From positions 22,002-86,001 of the forward strand of contig JBNAVN010000002.1 in NCBI GenBank assembly GCA_049700315.1: a stretch of 64,000 nt of DNA, read 5' to 3'. Position numbers and translations under genes: made by a program. The DNA is from a bacterium (GTDB taxonomy: Bacteria; Hydrothermota; Tepidihabitantia; SM23-42; JAOAFX01). The notes beneath the pieces were generated by a model that saw only the letters and a program-made list of their open reading frames with translations, did no database searches and was not told the DNA's origin. Below are positions 28,349-38,355 of the stretch, in pieces (positions within the stretch are counted from its first letter, which is position 1; each line of letters begins with the position of its first letter).

Positions 28349-30226
28349 CTACAAATATGTTACCTTTGATTTCTTAGGTTTTGCTACTTCTTCCGGTTGG
28401 ATTTTCTTGACTTCTTTCGGTGGCGGAGTGGGTGTAACCTCGGTCCGTTTTCTCAATTCCTCTGTGAGTTTGTCTTTCAATTCATTTATTTTCTTTAAAA
28501 GGTCAGGAACACTCTTATCAATATTTGCTGCATTGATATATGATTTAATTGCCATTTTTAAATTCTTCTGCATTTCATAGGCATTTCCTAAGAGAAAATG
28601 CAGACCAAAATATTCCCCGGCCGGGCGTTTGGGTATTGCCAATCCTTCACTCAATACCTTAATTGCCTCATCTATTTTGCCCTTATCAAGCAAACAAGAA
28701 CCAATCATCTCAAAGGACTTTAATTTGAGGTTATCATCCTTTGCCGCAATTTCAAATTCTTCAATTGCCTCCTGATGCAATCCCATTCCTTTATAAGCAA
28801 CGCCCAGGTCATAATGAGAACGATAGTCGCCTTCGCCGATAGATTCAAACACTTCCTTGCGAAACTGCGATATCAAGTCATTGATATTTTGAATACCTGA
28901 CGAGACTGGCTCGCCTTCAATTTCAGTACGCAATACCTGCCCTAAATCAATGAATTCTCTTGCCTTTGTCTCTTCTTCAATCATACTCTGGGCAATGGCG
29001 TTTTGCGGTTCCATTTCCAGAACCTTTCTCAATACTGATTGCGCTTCGGTTCTTGCTTCACGTCTATTTAGAGTTTCCGCAAGATCCAGCATAAAATCTA
29101 TCTGCAGTTTCTTGTCATTTTTAAGTTTAGCGATTTCTATGAGACGTTGCCGGGACTTTAAGTCAAGAGGTCTTAAATCTGCTACTTTCTTATACAAATC
29201 CAGCGCCTGATCATATTTCTTTTCTTTAAATGCCATCCCTGCAGCATCGCGGAAACAACTGATTGCTTCTTCTTCTTCGCCTAAATTCAGGTAAATCTCA
29301 GCCAATTCCTGTGTCCTGACAATTTCGGAAACTTCTTCCTCAGCAGGCTTTTCTTCAATAACTTCAACCTCTGGTTCTGCTTCCTTTGTCTCCACTTCAT
29401 CTTTGAGTAATTCAGCCACCTCAGGAGATACAAAATCCTCTAACGAAAGTTGCCCTTTAACCGGTTCAGGCTCGTGAATTGCTTCTTTTGATTCTTTGAC
29501 TTCCTCTTCTATTTCCATCCGGGGAATTTCAGTTTCTTTTGGCGAAACCTCAATTTCAACTTCTTTGGGAGGTTCGACCTTGACTTCTGGTGTTACTACT
29601 TCCTCAACTACCGGAGCCTCCACTATTGGAGGTTTTTCAACCTCAGGTGTAGTAACAACCTGGGCAGTAACAGTCTCTTTCAACTCCCTCTGTTTTGTTT
29701 CAATTTTCTCTGCCTCTTTTCGCAGGTCAACACTTTGTTCTTTTTTTCCAATCTTTTCGTAGATTGCCGAGATCATTTGAATTACCTTGTAGTTGTTGGG
29801 GACCAAATCTTTTATTGCTTCATAGGTTTTTAAAGCTGCATCAACCTCATTATTCTTCATCTTTCTGTCAGCATACTCAAGATAGTAGTTTGCCGCTTCA
29901 ACAAACTGCCCGAGTTCTTTGTGTAATTCACCCAACAAATTGTAGATTTCTGTCCTTTCCTTATCAAGCCTTAATATTTTTTTGCACAGTGCAATCGCAT
30001 TTGGATAGTATGTTTCTTCAGCAAGGGCATAAGCACCTTTTTCATAAATATCAATTGCTTCTTTTTGACGATTTACTTTGATGTACAGGTCACCCAATTT
30101 GTTAAAGAGTGAACCCTCTTTAGGAAATTCCTGCACCGCCTTCTCAAGTTCAACAATTGCCTTATTGACATCACCTTTTGCTTCTAATTCTGCAACTGTT
30201 CTTTTTATCGTACCTAAATCAGCCAT
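28349..30226 (-). CDS. TPR-repeat protein with central acidic Glu/Pro/Val/Lys-rich low-complexity region (MshN-like partner, copy 1)
   Basis: N- and C-terminal TPR repeats. Central VVTTPEVEKPPIVEAPVVEEVVTPEVKVEPPKEVEIEV... Immediately follows the ATPase with a 1-nt overlap. Confidence 0.6.
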   Translation of the reverse strand: MADLGTIKRTVAELEAKGDVNKAIVELEKAVQEFPKEGSLFNKLGDLYIKVNRQKEAIDIYEKGAYALAEETYYPNAIALCKKILRLDKERTEIYNLLGELHKELGQFVEAANYYLEYADRKMKNNEVDAALKTYEAIKDLVPNNYKVIQMISAIYEKIGKKEQSVDLRKEAEKIETKQRELKETVTAQVVTTPEVEKPPIVEAPVVEEVVTPEVKVEPPKEVEIEVSPKETEIPRMEIEEEVKESKEAIHEPEPVKGQLSLEDFVSPEVAELLKDEVETKEAEPEVEVIEEKPAEEEVSEIVRTQELAEIYLNLGEEEEAISCFRDAAGMAFKEKKYDQALDLYKKVADLRPLDLKSRQRLIEIAKLKNDKKLQIDFMLDLAETLNRREARTEAQSVLRKVLEMEPQNAIAQSMIEEETKAREFIDLGQVLRTEIEGEPVSSGIQNINDLISQFRKEVFESIGEGDYRSHYDLGVAYKGMGLHQEAIEEFEIAAKDDNLKLKSFEMIGSCLLDKGKIDEAIKVLSEGLAIPKRPAGEYFGLHFLLGNAYEMQKNLKMAIKSYINAANIDKSVPDLLKKINELKDKLTEELRKRTEVTPTPPPKEVKKIQPEEVAKPKKSKVTYL

Positions 30227-31047
30227 TATTCAAATTTTAGTCCCAAATTACTAATAACCCTCTCAATAATTGTCTCATCAATGGTCTGTTTGCGTTGAAC
30301 ATAGCCTTCCAGAAGTGCATTATCGCAAATTATGTTTACAAGTCGGGGACGGCCATCAGAATACCGACAGATGAGTTCTTGTGCCATGGGTGCAAAAATC
30401 TGTCGCTGGGTACCAGCAACTGTGAGTCTATGTGATATATACGCCCTTATTGTCTCAGTACCCAACGGTTTCAACTTAACCTTTATGGCAATTCTTTGAT
30501 ACAATGCCCGATTCATCATAAGAAATGACTCTAACTCAGGCAATCCGCTCAGAACGAATGAAATCAATCTCGTATCAGCGATCTCTAAGTTCAACAAACC
30601 TCTTATCTCTTCAAGAATTTCGGGGCTCTTGAGTTTATTCGCCTCATCAATAATGATTATAGTTCTTTCATTTCTTCTATAAATTTCCCGCAATCTGCTT
30701 GAAATGCGAGATACTATTTCAGTCGTAGATGTCCCCAAATCACTCAAACCGATCAAATTTGCGATTTTGGAAAATAACCAGCCGGTGGGAAATTCCGAAT
30801 GGGTTAGAACAATGAGACCGGCTTGATATTTACCGAGGCTCTGAAGTTCCGTAAGCAATTTTCTTACAAGCATTGTTTTGCCAGTCCCAATATCTCCTAC
30901 CAGTATTGCAAGGCCCCGGGTGCCCCGTGCTGCATGCAACAGATATTCCTTGGCAAGCGCATGCTGCGGAGAATTGAAATAAAATTTAGGATCCGGGAGA
31001 TTTGCGAATGGTTCAAATTTTAGTTGATAAAATTCTTGATAACCCAC
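30226..31047 (-). CDS. ExeA/GspA/MshM-like AAA ATPase (copy 2)
   Basis: MGYQEFYQLKFEPF...ILVGDIGTGKTML, IIIDEAN; paralog of 27520-28332. Confidence 0.75.
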   Translation of the reverse strand: MGYQEFYQLKFEPFANLPDPKFYFNSPQHALAKEYLLHAARGTRGLAILVGDIGTGKTMLVRKLLTELQSLGKYQAGLIVLTHSEFPTGWLFSKIANLIGLSDLGTSTTEIVSRISSRLREIYRRNERTIIIIDEANKLKSPEILEEIRGLLNLEIADTRLISFVLSGLPELESFLMMNRALYQRIAIKVKLKPLGTETIRAYISHRLTVAGTQRQIFAPMAQELICRYSDGRPRLVNIICDNALLEGYVQRKQTIDETIIERVISNLGLKFE

Positions 31048-31060
31048 TTAGCCTCCTGTT

Positions 31061-32977
31061 TTATAGAAAAGTAATATTATCCGTCTTTTCTTCAACATCA
31101 ATTTTTCCTTCTTCAGAAAATCCTTCTTTTACCGGTATTCTTTCTTCAATCAATGGTTCTTCAACAACTGGTTTTACTAACTCTTCTTTCGGTTTTTCAA
31201 TTATCACTTCAGGTTCTTGATAAAAAGCTTCTTCCACTTTTTCTGATGTAGCAATTGGCTCTACCTCCGGTGTTTCTTCCTTGATCTCCACGGGTTCAAT
31301 GGCCGCTGGTTTTTCTTCAGGAACCGGTGATGCAGTCTGCGTTTTTGAAATTTCCATTTTACCACCGAGCAATGTATAGATTTCTCTGATGTCCCGGTAG
31401 TCTGGGTTGATCGCCAGAATATGCTCTATTTCCCTTAAGGCATTTTCAAAATCGCCAACACCTTCATAGCCTGAAGCAAGTAGATATCTCAATTCGGTCT
31501 TCTGATCCTCCGGTATCTCTTCAAGCAATATTATCGGTCCGATCACCTTTATGGCTTCATTATACCTGCCTAATTTGATAAGCGATTCCCCAACTATTTC
31601 TAATGAAGCCGGCCAGAACTCTTTTTTGTCCTTTTCACCCTGCAGATAAGAAAGTGCAATTTCAAATAATCCTGAATCAACCGCCATCCTTGCCAAAGGA
31701 ATTTTCTTTTTCGTATCATCTATCTCCCAGGTAATGTTTGTACGAAAATCATCAAATTGTTTTGCCACTTCAAAATTCCTCGGAGTAGGACCAACCTCTG
31801 ATTCCTTAAGCAAAAATTCAATATCCGCAATCTGACCTTCAAGCGGAGGTATCTCTGCTGGCTTCGCTTCAGGAACCTGTTCAACCGGTGGTTCTTCAGC
31901 GACTTTCTCTTCAGATTTGACTTCTTCTTCAGGCTTTTTTTCAATTTCAGAGGGAAATGCAAATCCCTCAATCTCTTTGCTCAGGTCCTTCAATATTTCA
32001 AGGTCACTTTGAATCGCTGTAATTGTTTCATCCGCTTGCTGAAGAGACGGTGGTACCTCAGATTTTATTTCTTCAGTCTTTTCCGTAGAAACTGGGGCGG
32101 GTTCCTCAGGCTCTTTTGTTGGTTTTATCTCAATCTTTTCCTCTACCTTTGGTCTTGCACCCGGCCTTAGTTCATTGAGTTTCTTCAATGCCTCACTATT
32201 ATTGGGGTCAATCTCAAGGATACGATTGAGAACATTGACTGCATCATCAACCTTGCCTTCACGAATTAAATCGTCTGATGCCTTTTTGAATTCAATAATT
32301 GCCTCATCCCGGGAGCCAATTTCATATAATAAATTGCCAAGTTCAATACGACTCCTCGGATCCAGCTCCTCACCACCATCAGTTTGAGGTAGTAACTTCC
32401 GTATCTCATTAAGAATTGTCTCATCATTTATTTCCGCTGCCAAACCCCTTAATTTCACCAATTCATCCTGTGCCTCGCGGTTACGATTTACAGAAAAAAG
32501 TAATTTTGCAAGGGATAAACGCAGTGGTAAATTCTTGGGCTGAAATTCAGCCACCTTGCGTAGTGCTGAGACAAAAAGGGTTTCATCTTTTTTCTCCAGT
32601 GCCCGGGAAGCAAACTCAATTAACCTCTTAAGCGCTTCATTTCGTAGACCATAGAAGTGATATAAGTCAACAAGGCGGAACAATACACTATCATTCATTT
32701 CGTCAATCATCAAAATCTTTTCCAGACAGATAACCGCCTCTGCATACTGCCCGTTGTGCGTATAGTTTTCAAAAGCGTGTTCATAACGAGAAATTGCCTC
32801 ATTGGCTTTTCCCAATTTTATTGCCAAATCCCCGCATAACTCCAGTACTCGGGCACGATTTGGATTTTCATCAAGGGCACGCCTTAAAATAATCTGCGCC
32901 TTTTCATATTTGCCTTCTCTTATATACTGCTGACCTTTTTCCAAGATTTCTGTTTCCATAGTTAACCTACCTTGCAA
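31061..32977 (-). CDS. TPR-repeat protein with central acidic Glu/Pro-rich region (MshN-like partner, copy 2)
   Basis: TPR repeats at both ends; central EEPAPVSTEKTEEIKSEVPP...EEKVAEEPPVEQVPEAKPAEIPP; paralog of 28349-30226. Confidence 0.6.
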   Translation of the reverse strand: MQGRLTMETEILEKGQQYIREGKYEKAQIILRRALDENPNRARVLELCGDLAIKLGKANEAISRYEHAFENYTHNGQYAEAVICLEKILMIDEMNDSVLFRLVDLYHFYGLRNEALKRLIEFASRALEKKDETLFVSALRKVAEFQPKNLPLRLSLAKLLFSVNRNREAQDELVKLRGLAAEINDETILNEIRKLLPQTDGGEELDPRSRIELGNLLYEIGSRDEAIIEFKKASDDLIREGKVDDAVNVLNRILEIDPNNSEALKKLNELRPGARPKVEEKIEIKPTKEPEEPAPVSTEKTEEIKSEVPPSLQQADETITAIQSDLEILKDLSKEIEGFAFPSEIEKKPEEEVKSEEKVAEEPPVEQVPEAKPAEIPPLEGQIADIEFLLKESEVGPTPRNFEVAKQFDDFRTNITWEIDDTKKKIPLARMAVDSGLFEIALSYLQGEKDKKEFWPASLEIVGESLIKLGRYNEAIKVIGPIILLEEIPEDQKTELRYLLASGYEGVGDFENALREIEHILAINPDYRDIREIYTLLGGKMEISKTQTASPVPEEKPAAIEPVEIKEETPEVEPIATSEKVEEAFYQEPEVIIEKPKEELVKPVVEEPLIEERIPVKEGFSEEGKIDVEEKTDNITFL

Positions 32978-33040
32978 ATTATAATTGATTTTGCGAATTT
33001 GTCAATACACAACATCGCCCTGGCGAGATTGATTACCATA

Positions 33041-34555
33041 TTAATCCTGTTGCTGTCCTTTGCTGAAAATCTCATCAAGTTCTTCATAAGCTGAAGATTC
33101 CTTTTTCCTCATTTCATCCATATTATTCCTCATTAAATCAACAAAATTCATATCGGTAATGGAAGGCAGATTTATCAGAACATTTGCCCGGGCACTCAAA
33201 AAACCACTATGCAGTGTATATATGGCTACTCCCACATCAGAAAGAGCCGTTTTCAAACCTTTATTTAATAAAATTTTTGCATATTGATAAAGTGTTGTTA
33301 TTTTTTCACATACCGAATACGGCACATTAGTAGCGTGCTTTAGGGCATCCTGGATCGCCTGCGTTCTAACCTTCTTCTCTTCTTCAGTGTTCTTGGGCAA
33401 CCGATAAGCTTTCATTACCCCATCAAACGCATTTTTGTCCTGCTCAATCATTTTGTAGAATTCACTCACTCTTGCCTTGAGCAAACCATGGAAACCTTTC
33501 AGTTCCTGATCATCATTCTTTTTCAATGTAATGCCTGTAACCATTGACATAAGAGCAGAAGCCAACGCACCCTGTAAAGCAGCCACACTACCACCTCCTG
33601 GTGTCGGTGTTGCATCAGAAAGTTGATTCAGAAAATCAAATACGCTTTCCTTCTTTGCTGTTCCTCTTAAATGGTATTCAAGAATTTGATTTTCATTAAA
33701 CCGATTGAGTTGTAGATAATGAATTGCAGTATCAATCAATGCCTTTTCTGGCACCAATCCCACAATCTCTGATTCCCTTATGTTCACTCCATATCTCTGG
33801 GCTTCAAATTTAACCAATTCAAAAACCCTGTATAGCGGAGTACCGAGATAATTTGTCATATTGATTGAAACCTGGGCAAGTCCTTCTTCTTTCAATTCAA
33901 AACCAAGTGCCTTTGCATATCGGAAACCACCGTCTTTGAATCTTATGGCACGTGCTATATTCTTCGCCACACTTACATCACTGGTATTCAGGTTTATGTT
34001 ATAGGCAATCAATGGGAAACGAACACCAACTACAGTAGCACCGGCCGTAGGATGAATCTTTGGTTTGCCAAAATCCGGAAATCGATCAGGATTGGTTTCT
34101 ATTTCCCGACCCAAACCCTCAAATTCACCCTTTCTTATATTGGCGAGGTTCTCACGCTCAGGTCTTGTTGCTGCTGCCTCATAGAGATATACCGGAATTC
34201 CGAGTTCCTCAGCAATTCTTTTGCCAAGCCGTCGCGCAAACTCAACGCATTCTTCAGTAGAAATGTCGCTGATGGGAATAAATGGAATCACATCAGTAGC
34301 ACCAATGCGGGGATGTTCACCCTTGTGTTTTGTTAAATCTATCAACTCTGAAGCCCTCTTTGTTGCATTAAATGCTGCCTCTAATACATTGTCCGGCTCC
34401 CCAATAAAAGTAAGAACTGCGCGATTATGATCCGCATTCATCTCCACATCAAGAATTTGTACTCCGCTTGCCTCAATAATTTTCACAATATCATCTATCT
34501 TTGTTTTATCACGCCCTTCACTAAAATTTGGCACGCATTCAATTATTTGTCTCAT
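33041..34555 (-). CDS. bifunctional glutamate formimidoyltransferase / formimidoyltetrahydrofolate cyclodeaminase (FTCD-like fusion)
   Basis: Hallmark N-terminus MRQIIECVPNFSEGRD of formiminotransferase. About 200-aa C-terminal helical cyclodeaminase-like domain. 504 aa. Confidence 0.8.
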   Translation of the reverse strand: MRQIIECVPNFSEGRDKTKIDDIVKIIEASGVQILDVEMNADHNRAVLTFIGEPDNVLEAAFNATKRASELIDLTKHKGEHPRIGATDVIPFIPISDISTEECVEFARRLGKRIAEELGIPVYLYEAAATRPERENLANIRKGEFEGLGREIETNPDRFPDFGKPKIHPTAGATVVGVRFPLIAYNINLNTSDVSVAKNIARAIRFKDGGFRYAKALGFELKEEGLAQVSINMTNYLGTPLYRVFELVKFEAQRYGVNIRESEIVGLVPEKALIDTAIHYLQLNRFNENQILEYHLRGTAKKESVFDFLNQLSDATPTPGGGSVAALQGALASALMSMVTGITLKKNDDQELKGFHGLLKARVSEFYKMIEQDKNAFDGVMKAYRLPKNTEEEKKVRTQAIQDALKHATNVPYSVCEKITTLYQYAKILLNKGLKTALSDVGVAIYTLHSGFLSARANVLINLPSITDMNFVDLMRNNMDEMRKKESSAYEELDEIFSKGQQQD

Positions 34556-35738
34556 ATATTACGGTCCCCTTTTTGATTACTTTTTTTATCATGTCTTCAC
34601 CAAATTGATAGGGAATTTTCTTGTAATTGTCCGTGTTCCAGACAACCAGATCTGCCTGAAAACCTGACTGTATCTTGCCAATTTTGTTTTCTCTTTTTAT
34701 TGCCTTTGCAGCATTAATCGTTGCACCCATTAATGCTAATTCAACAGGAATTCTATAAAGTAGACAGGCAAGAGAAATAACCTTGGGCATTGAATAAATC
34801 ATGCATGTTCCGGGGTTAAAGTCCGAAGCAATCGCTATTGGCAATCCATATTTCACAAAATCTTTAGTCCGGGGCTCGCGCTTGTTTCGCAAATAAAGTG
34901 AAGTCCCCGGTAGCAGTACTGGTATGACACCAGCTTTTTCCATTGACTTAATACCTGATTTTGTAGTATATACAAGGTGATCGGCTGAAACACAATTGAG
35001 TTCAGCAGCAAGTCTTGCGCCATCAAAATTACATAACTCATCAGTATGAATCTTCAGTGAAAATCCTAATTCTCTTGCCCATTTTAGAATTTTCTTGCTC
35101 TCCTTTCTTGTGAAAGCAGTTTTGTCACAAAAGATATCACAAAATTCAGCAAGCCGGGTCCGCCCAATTTCTGGTAGCATCTCCGCACACTGCACATCCA
35201 CATAATCCCGTCGTTTCATCAGCCTTGGTATCGTGTGAACAAGATAAGTAGAGACCACATCTATCGGAGCAATCTGCTTTAGTTTATTGATCACACGTAG
35301 CATTTTTAGTTCCTCAGCAAGTGATAGTCCATAACCACTTTTTATTTCCACCGTGGTTGTTCCGTGCCTAATAATCTTACCAATCCTCTCCATCGCCAAT
35401 CTAAACAACATATCTTCTGAAGCTGCGCGGGTCGTAGAAACTGTCTTCAGAATGCCACCCCCCTTTTTGGCAATGGTTTCATATTTAGTTCCTGCAATAC
35501 GCATGGCAAATTCATCCTCACGGGTTCCGGCAAAAACAAGATGGGTATGGGAATCTACAAGCCCCGGAGTTACCACACATCCTGAACAATCAATGGTTTT
35601 TCCCCTAAAGCCAGTCTCAGGAAATTTGCCCACTTTCTTAATCAGACCATCCTCAATAAGTATTGAACCATCGTGTATCAAACCAATGCCATCGGTCATT
35701 GTTAGAATCTGCACAGCATTGTAAATCAATATGTTCAT
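34539..35738 (-). CDS. hutI: imidazolonepropionase
   Basis: Amidohydrolase fold with DSHTHLVFAGTRE motif; start moved to MNILIYNAVQ (SD-like aaagga upstream). Confidence 0.8.
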   Translation of the reverse strand: MNILIYNAVQILTMTDGIGLIHDGSILIEDGLIKKVGKFPETGFRGKTIDCSGCVVTPGLVDSHTHLVFAGTREDEFAMRIAGTKYETIAKKGGGILKTVSTTRAASEDMLFRLAMERIGKIIRHGTTTVEIKSGYGLSLAEELKMLRVINKLKQIAPIDVVSTYLVHTIPRLMKRRDYVDVQCAEMLPEIGRTRLAEFCDIFCDKTAFTRKESKKILKWARELGFSLKIHTDELCNFDGARLAAELNCVSADHLVYTTKSGIKSMEKAGVIPVLLPGTSLYLRNKREPRTKDFVKYGLPIAIASDFNPGTCMIYSMPKVISLACLLYRIPVELALMGATINAAKAIKRENKIGKIQSGFQADLVVWNTDNYKKIPYQFGEDMIKKVIKKGTVIYETNN

Positions 35739-35864
35739 TAAACTATATTTTATTCCTTTTTTTGCATAAGTCAATACATAATATACTATGGTATAATGAA
35801 GCATTGAGAAAATTTACCAGTGCGCATATCAATGTTGACTAATCAACAGGTTTGAATACAATAA

Positions 35865-36857
35865 ATGATGCGTCATTTTGGATTTCAGTGGCATATCACC
35901 AATTTTTGCAATCTACGCTGTTTCCATTGTTATCAAGATGTATTCACACCCAAAAATGAATTGCAATTGACAGACATTGAAACAGCAGTAAAGAGAATAT
36001 CAGATGCATTGAGAGACTATCAAATAACAATTAATGTCACCGGTGGTGAACCATTACTTTATCCTGATATTTTCAAGGTATTGGATCTTCTTGAAAATAC
36101 TGGTAATGTTAAACGAATCAATATTATTACCAATGGTTTAATGTTCAATCATAATATGATCAAGGAATTGAATCGCATGAAGAAAATAAGAGAACTCAAG
36201 GTCTCGCTTGAGGGTGGTGATATTGAAACAAATGATAAGATCAGAGGCAGAGGCGTATTTGAGCGATTGATGAATAATATCAGGTTTGTTCAGAAGAACA
36301 GTGACAAAGAAATAATTCTGATGTTTACTTTAGGAAGTTATAATCATGCCAATCTGAATGAAATGTTGAACCTCGCCTTAAAGCTTAATGTCAGTGGTGT
36401 AATAATTGAACGCTTTGTTCCCTGGGGTAAAGGGCTTCTGTTGAAAGATCAGTATTTAAAAAAAGAAGAATGGCGCAGAGTTATTGAGACTATTGTGCAA
36501 TTTGTGAAACTTGACTACGCACCACCCGAATTAATTCCGTACAAGGCATTTCACATTGTGCTAAAAAATTCAAGAGAATTAAGGGGAGCCTTGTGTAATC
36601 TTGGTGATGAATCAATGGCATTGATGCCCAATGGTGATGTTTATCCCTGCAGAAGGTTTCCCACGAAAATTGGAAATGCCATTGATGATGACTTCAAGGA
36701 AATTTTGCTAAGATTAAAGATTTTGAAAGAAAATATTATGGAAAATCTGAAGGGTAGGTGTGCAAGATGTAAGATTGAAGGATGTTTTGGATGCCGGGCT
36801 ATAGCATATGCACTGAGTGGTGATTTTTATGCTGAAGATCCGCAATGCTTTTTATAA
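35865..36857 (+). CDS. radical SAM enzyme with C-terminal SPASM-like Cys cluster
   Basis: CNLRCFHC (CxxxCxxC). Glycine-rich SAM motif VTGGEPL. C-terminal CRRFP...CARCKIEGCFGC. Confidence 0.8.
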   Translation: MMRHFGFQWHITNFCNLRCFHCYQDVFTPKNELQLTDIETAVKRISDALRDYQITINVTGGEPLLYPDIFKVLDLLENTGNVKRINIITNGLMFNHNMIKELNRMKKIRELKVSLEGGDIETNDKIRGRGVFERLMNNIRFVQKNSDKEIILMFTLGSYNHANLNEMLNLALKLNVSGVIIERFVPWGKGLLLKDQYLKKEEWRRVIETIVQFVKLDYAPPELIPYKAFHIVLKNSRELRGALCNLGDESMALMPNGDVYPCRRFPTKIGNAIDDDFKEILLRLKILKENIMENLKGRCARCKIEGCFGCRAIAYALSGDFYAEDPQCFL

Positions 36858-36868
36858 AAGGAGGTATT

Positions 36869-37345
36869 ATGCGTATCGGCATTATTTATTATTCTGTTAC
36901 AGGCACAACAGAAGAACTTGCAAACCGTATTGCAAATGGATTAATCAAGGAGAAGCACCATGTGGAGGTGGTTAAGATAAGACCCAACATCAATGTGACC
37001 GGCCCAGGGCAAGAGTTTGAAATACAGAATGAGCCGGATTGCTCAAAATTTGATTTGATACTGTTTGGCGGTCCGGTCTGGGCATTTTCAGCCTGTCCCG
37101 TTGTATTACAGTTTATCAAGAAATCAAAGGGGCTGGCTGGTAAAAAAATAATTCCATTTGTCACAATGGGTTTCCCATTCAAATCCTTGGGTGGCAAAAA
37201 CGCCATAAATCAGATTGGTAAAACCGCAAAGGCATTCGGTGCAGAAGTTGTCTCTTGTATAATCATTCCCAAATTGTTTCATGACTACAGAAAACTTATG
37301 GACAAAGAAGTGCTGGGAGTCATATCAAAAATCAAAAACCCTTGA
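36869..37345 (+). CDS. flavodoxin-like protein
   Basis: MRIGIIYYSVTGTTEELA FMN-binding loop; start at ATG preceded by aaggagg. Confidence 0.65.
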   Translation: MRIGIIYYSVTGTTEELANRIANGLIKEKHHVEVVKIRPNINVTGPGQEFEIQNEPDCSKFDLILFGGPVWAFSACPVVLQFIKKSKGLAGKKIIPFVTMGFPFKSLGGKNAINQIGKTAKAFGAEVVSCIIIPKLFHDYRKLMDKEVLGVISKIKNP

Positions 37346-37375
37346 CCTTAAGTATTTTTTAACTATAATGACCTA

Positions 37376-37822
37376 ATGAATGATATACCTTCTAATGAAC
37401 GAAAAAAGAAAAAACCTTATGTAGTAATTGAATGTCCGGAAAAAATTCCCTGTGATCCCTGTGTTAATGCCTGCCCTCATGGTGCAATCACAATAAAAGG
37501 CAGTATCATTGAATTGCCTGAGGTTGACTATGATAAGTGTACTGGTTGTCTGCTGTGTATACCAAAATGTCCTGGTCTGGCAATATTTGTTATTGATGAA
37601 AGACCAGAAGATCACTCAATTGTGTATATCCCCTATGAATTACTGCCTATCCCCAAAAAAGGCGATAGCGCAATAGGCATTGACCGCAATGGTGCAGAAA
37701 AGTGTGCAAGCAAAATTGTAAAAGTTCTTCAATCACAAAAATTCAACCACTGTGTGGTTGTTGGCATCTCTGTTCCCAAGGGTATGGAACAGGATATAAG
37801 ATTTTTTAGACTCAAGAATTGA
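37376..37822 (+). CDS. 4Fe-4S dicluster ferredoxin-domain protein
   Basis: CDPCVNACP and CTGCLLCIPKCP cysteine motifs. Confidence 0.65.
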   Translation: MNDIPSNERKKKKPYVVIECPEKIPCDPCVNACPHGAITIKGSIIELPEVDYDKCTGCLLCIPKCPGLAIFVIDERPEDHSIVYIPYELLPIPKKGDSAIGIDRNGAEKCASKIVKVLQSQKFNHCVVVGISVPKGMEQDIRFFRLKN

Positions 37823-38355
37823 AATTCTCAGTAATGAACAAAGAAAAGTCATTCTCCCAAATTTTAAGAACTCAAATCGGGAAGGTTGGTATTATTTGGA
37901 GAGAACGGGACAAGGAGATAAAGATCATCCAGATCATTTTGCCGACATTTTCACTAAACTCAATCAAGAAAAGTTATCCGGGAATCCAGTCAGGTAGAAA
38001 CAAACTGATTGATAGGATTGCAAGGCAAATCAGTCTGTATATCAATGGGAAAAGTGTTCAATTTTCTACTGATATTCTTGATCTGAAACAATTAGGAAAT
38101 TTCCAGAGAAAAGTTTTGCAATCAACCTTCAAAATTCATAGGGGCAGGATTGAAACCTATGGTTCAATTGCAAAAAAAGTCGGCACTCCCAAGGGGGCAA
38201 GGGCGGTTGGACAGGCACTGGCAAAAAATCCATTTCCGATCATCATTCCCTGTCACCGTGTGATAAAATCTGATGGCACCATAGGTGGATTTGGCAACAA
38301 TCCTGATCTGAAGAGAAAATTGCTATCCATTGAGGGTGCCTGTATCAAAAAATGA
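37819..38355 (+). CDS. methylated-DNA--protein-cysteine methyltransferase (Ogt/MGMT family)
   Basis: Active-site IPCHRVI with GGFG downstream. Confidence 0.7.
   Translation: MKFSVMNKEKSFSQILRTQIGKVGIIWRERDKEIKIIQIILPTFSLNSIKKSYPGIQSGRNKLIDRIARQISLYINGKSVQFSTDILDLKQLGNFQRKVLQSTFKIHRGRIETYGSIAKKVGTPKGARAVGQALAKNPFPIIIPCHRVIKSDGTIGGFGNNPDLKRKLLSIEGACIKK

Noticed and set aside
35353-35724. 123-aa plus-strand ORF inside hutI, and similar antisense ORFs in ptsI (41747-43341), the GH57 gene and glmS
   Set aside because: Antisense ORFs within strongly supported enzymes with no independent signals; typical six-frame noise in AT-rich DNA.
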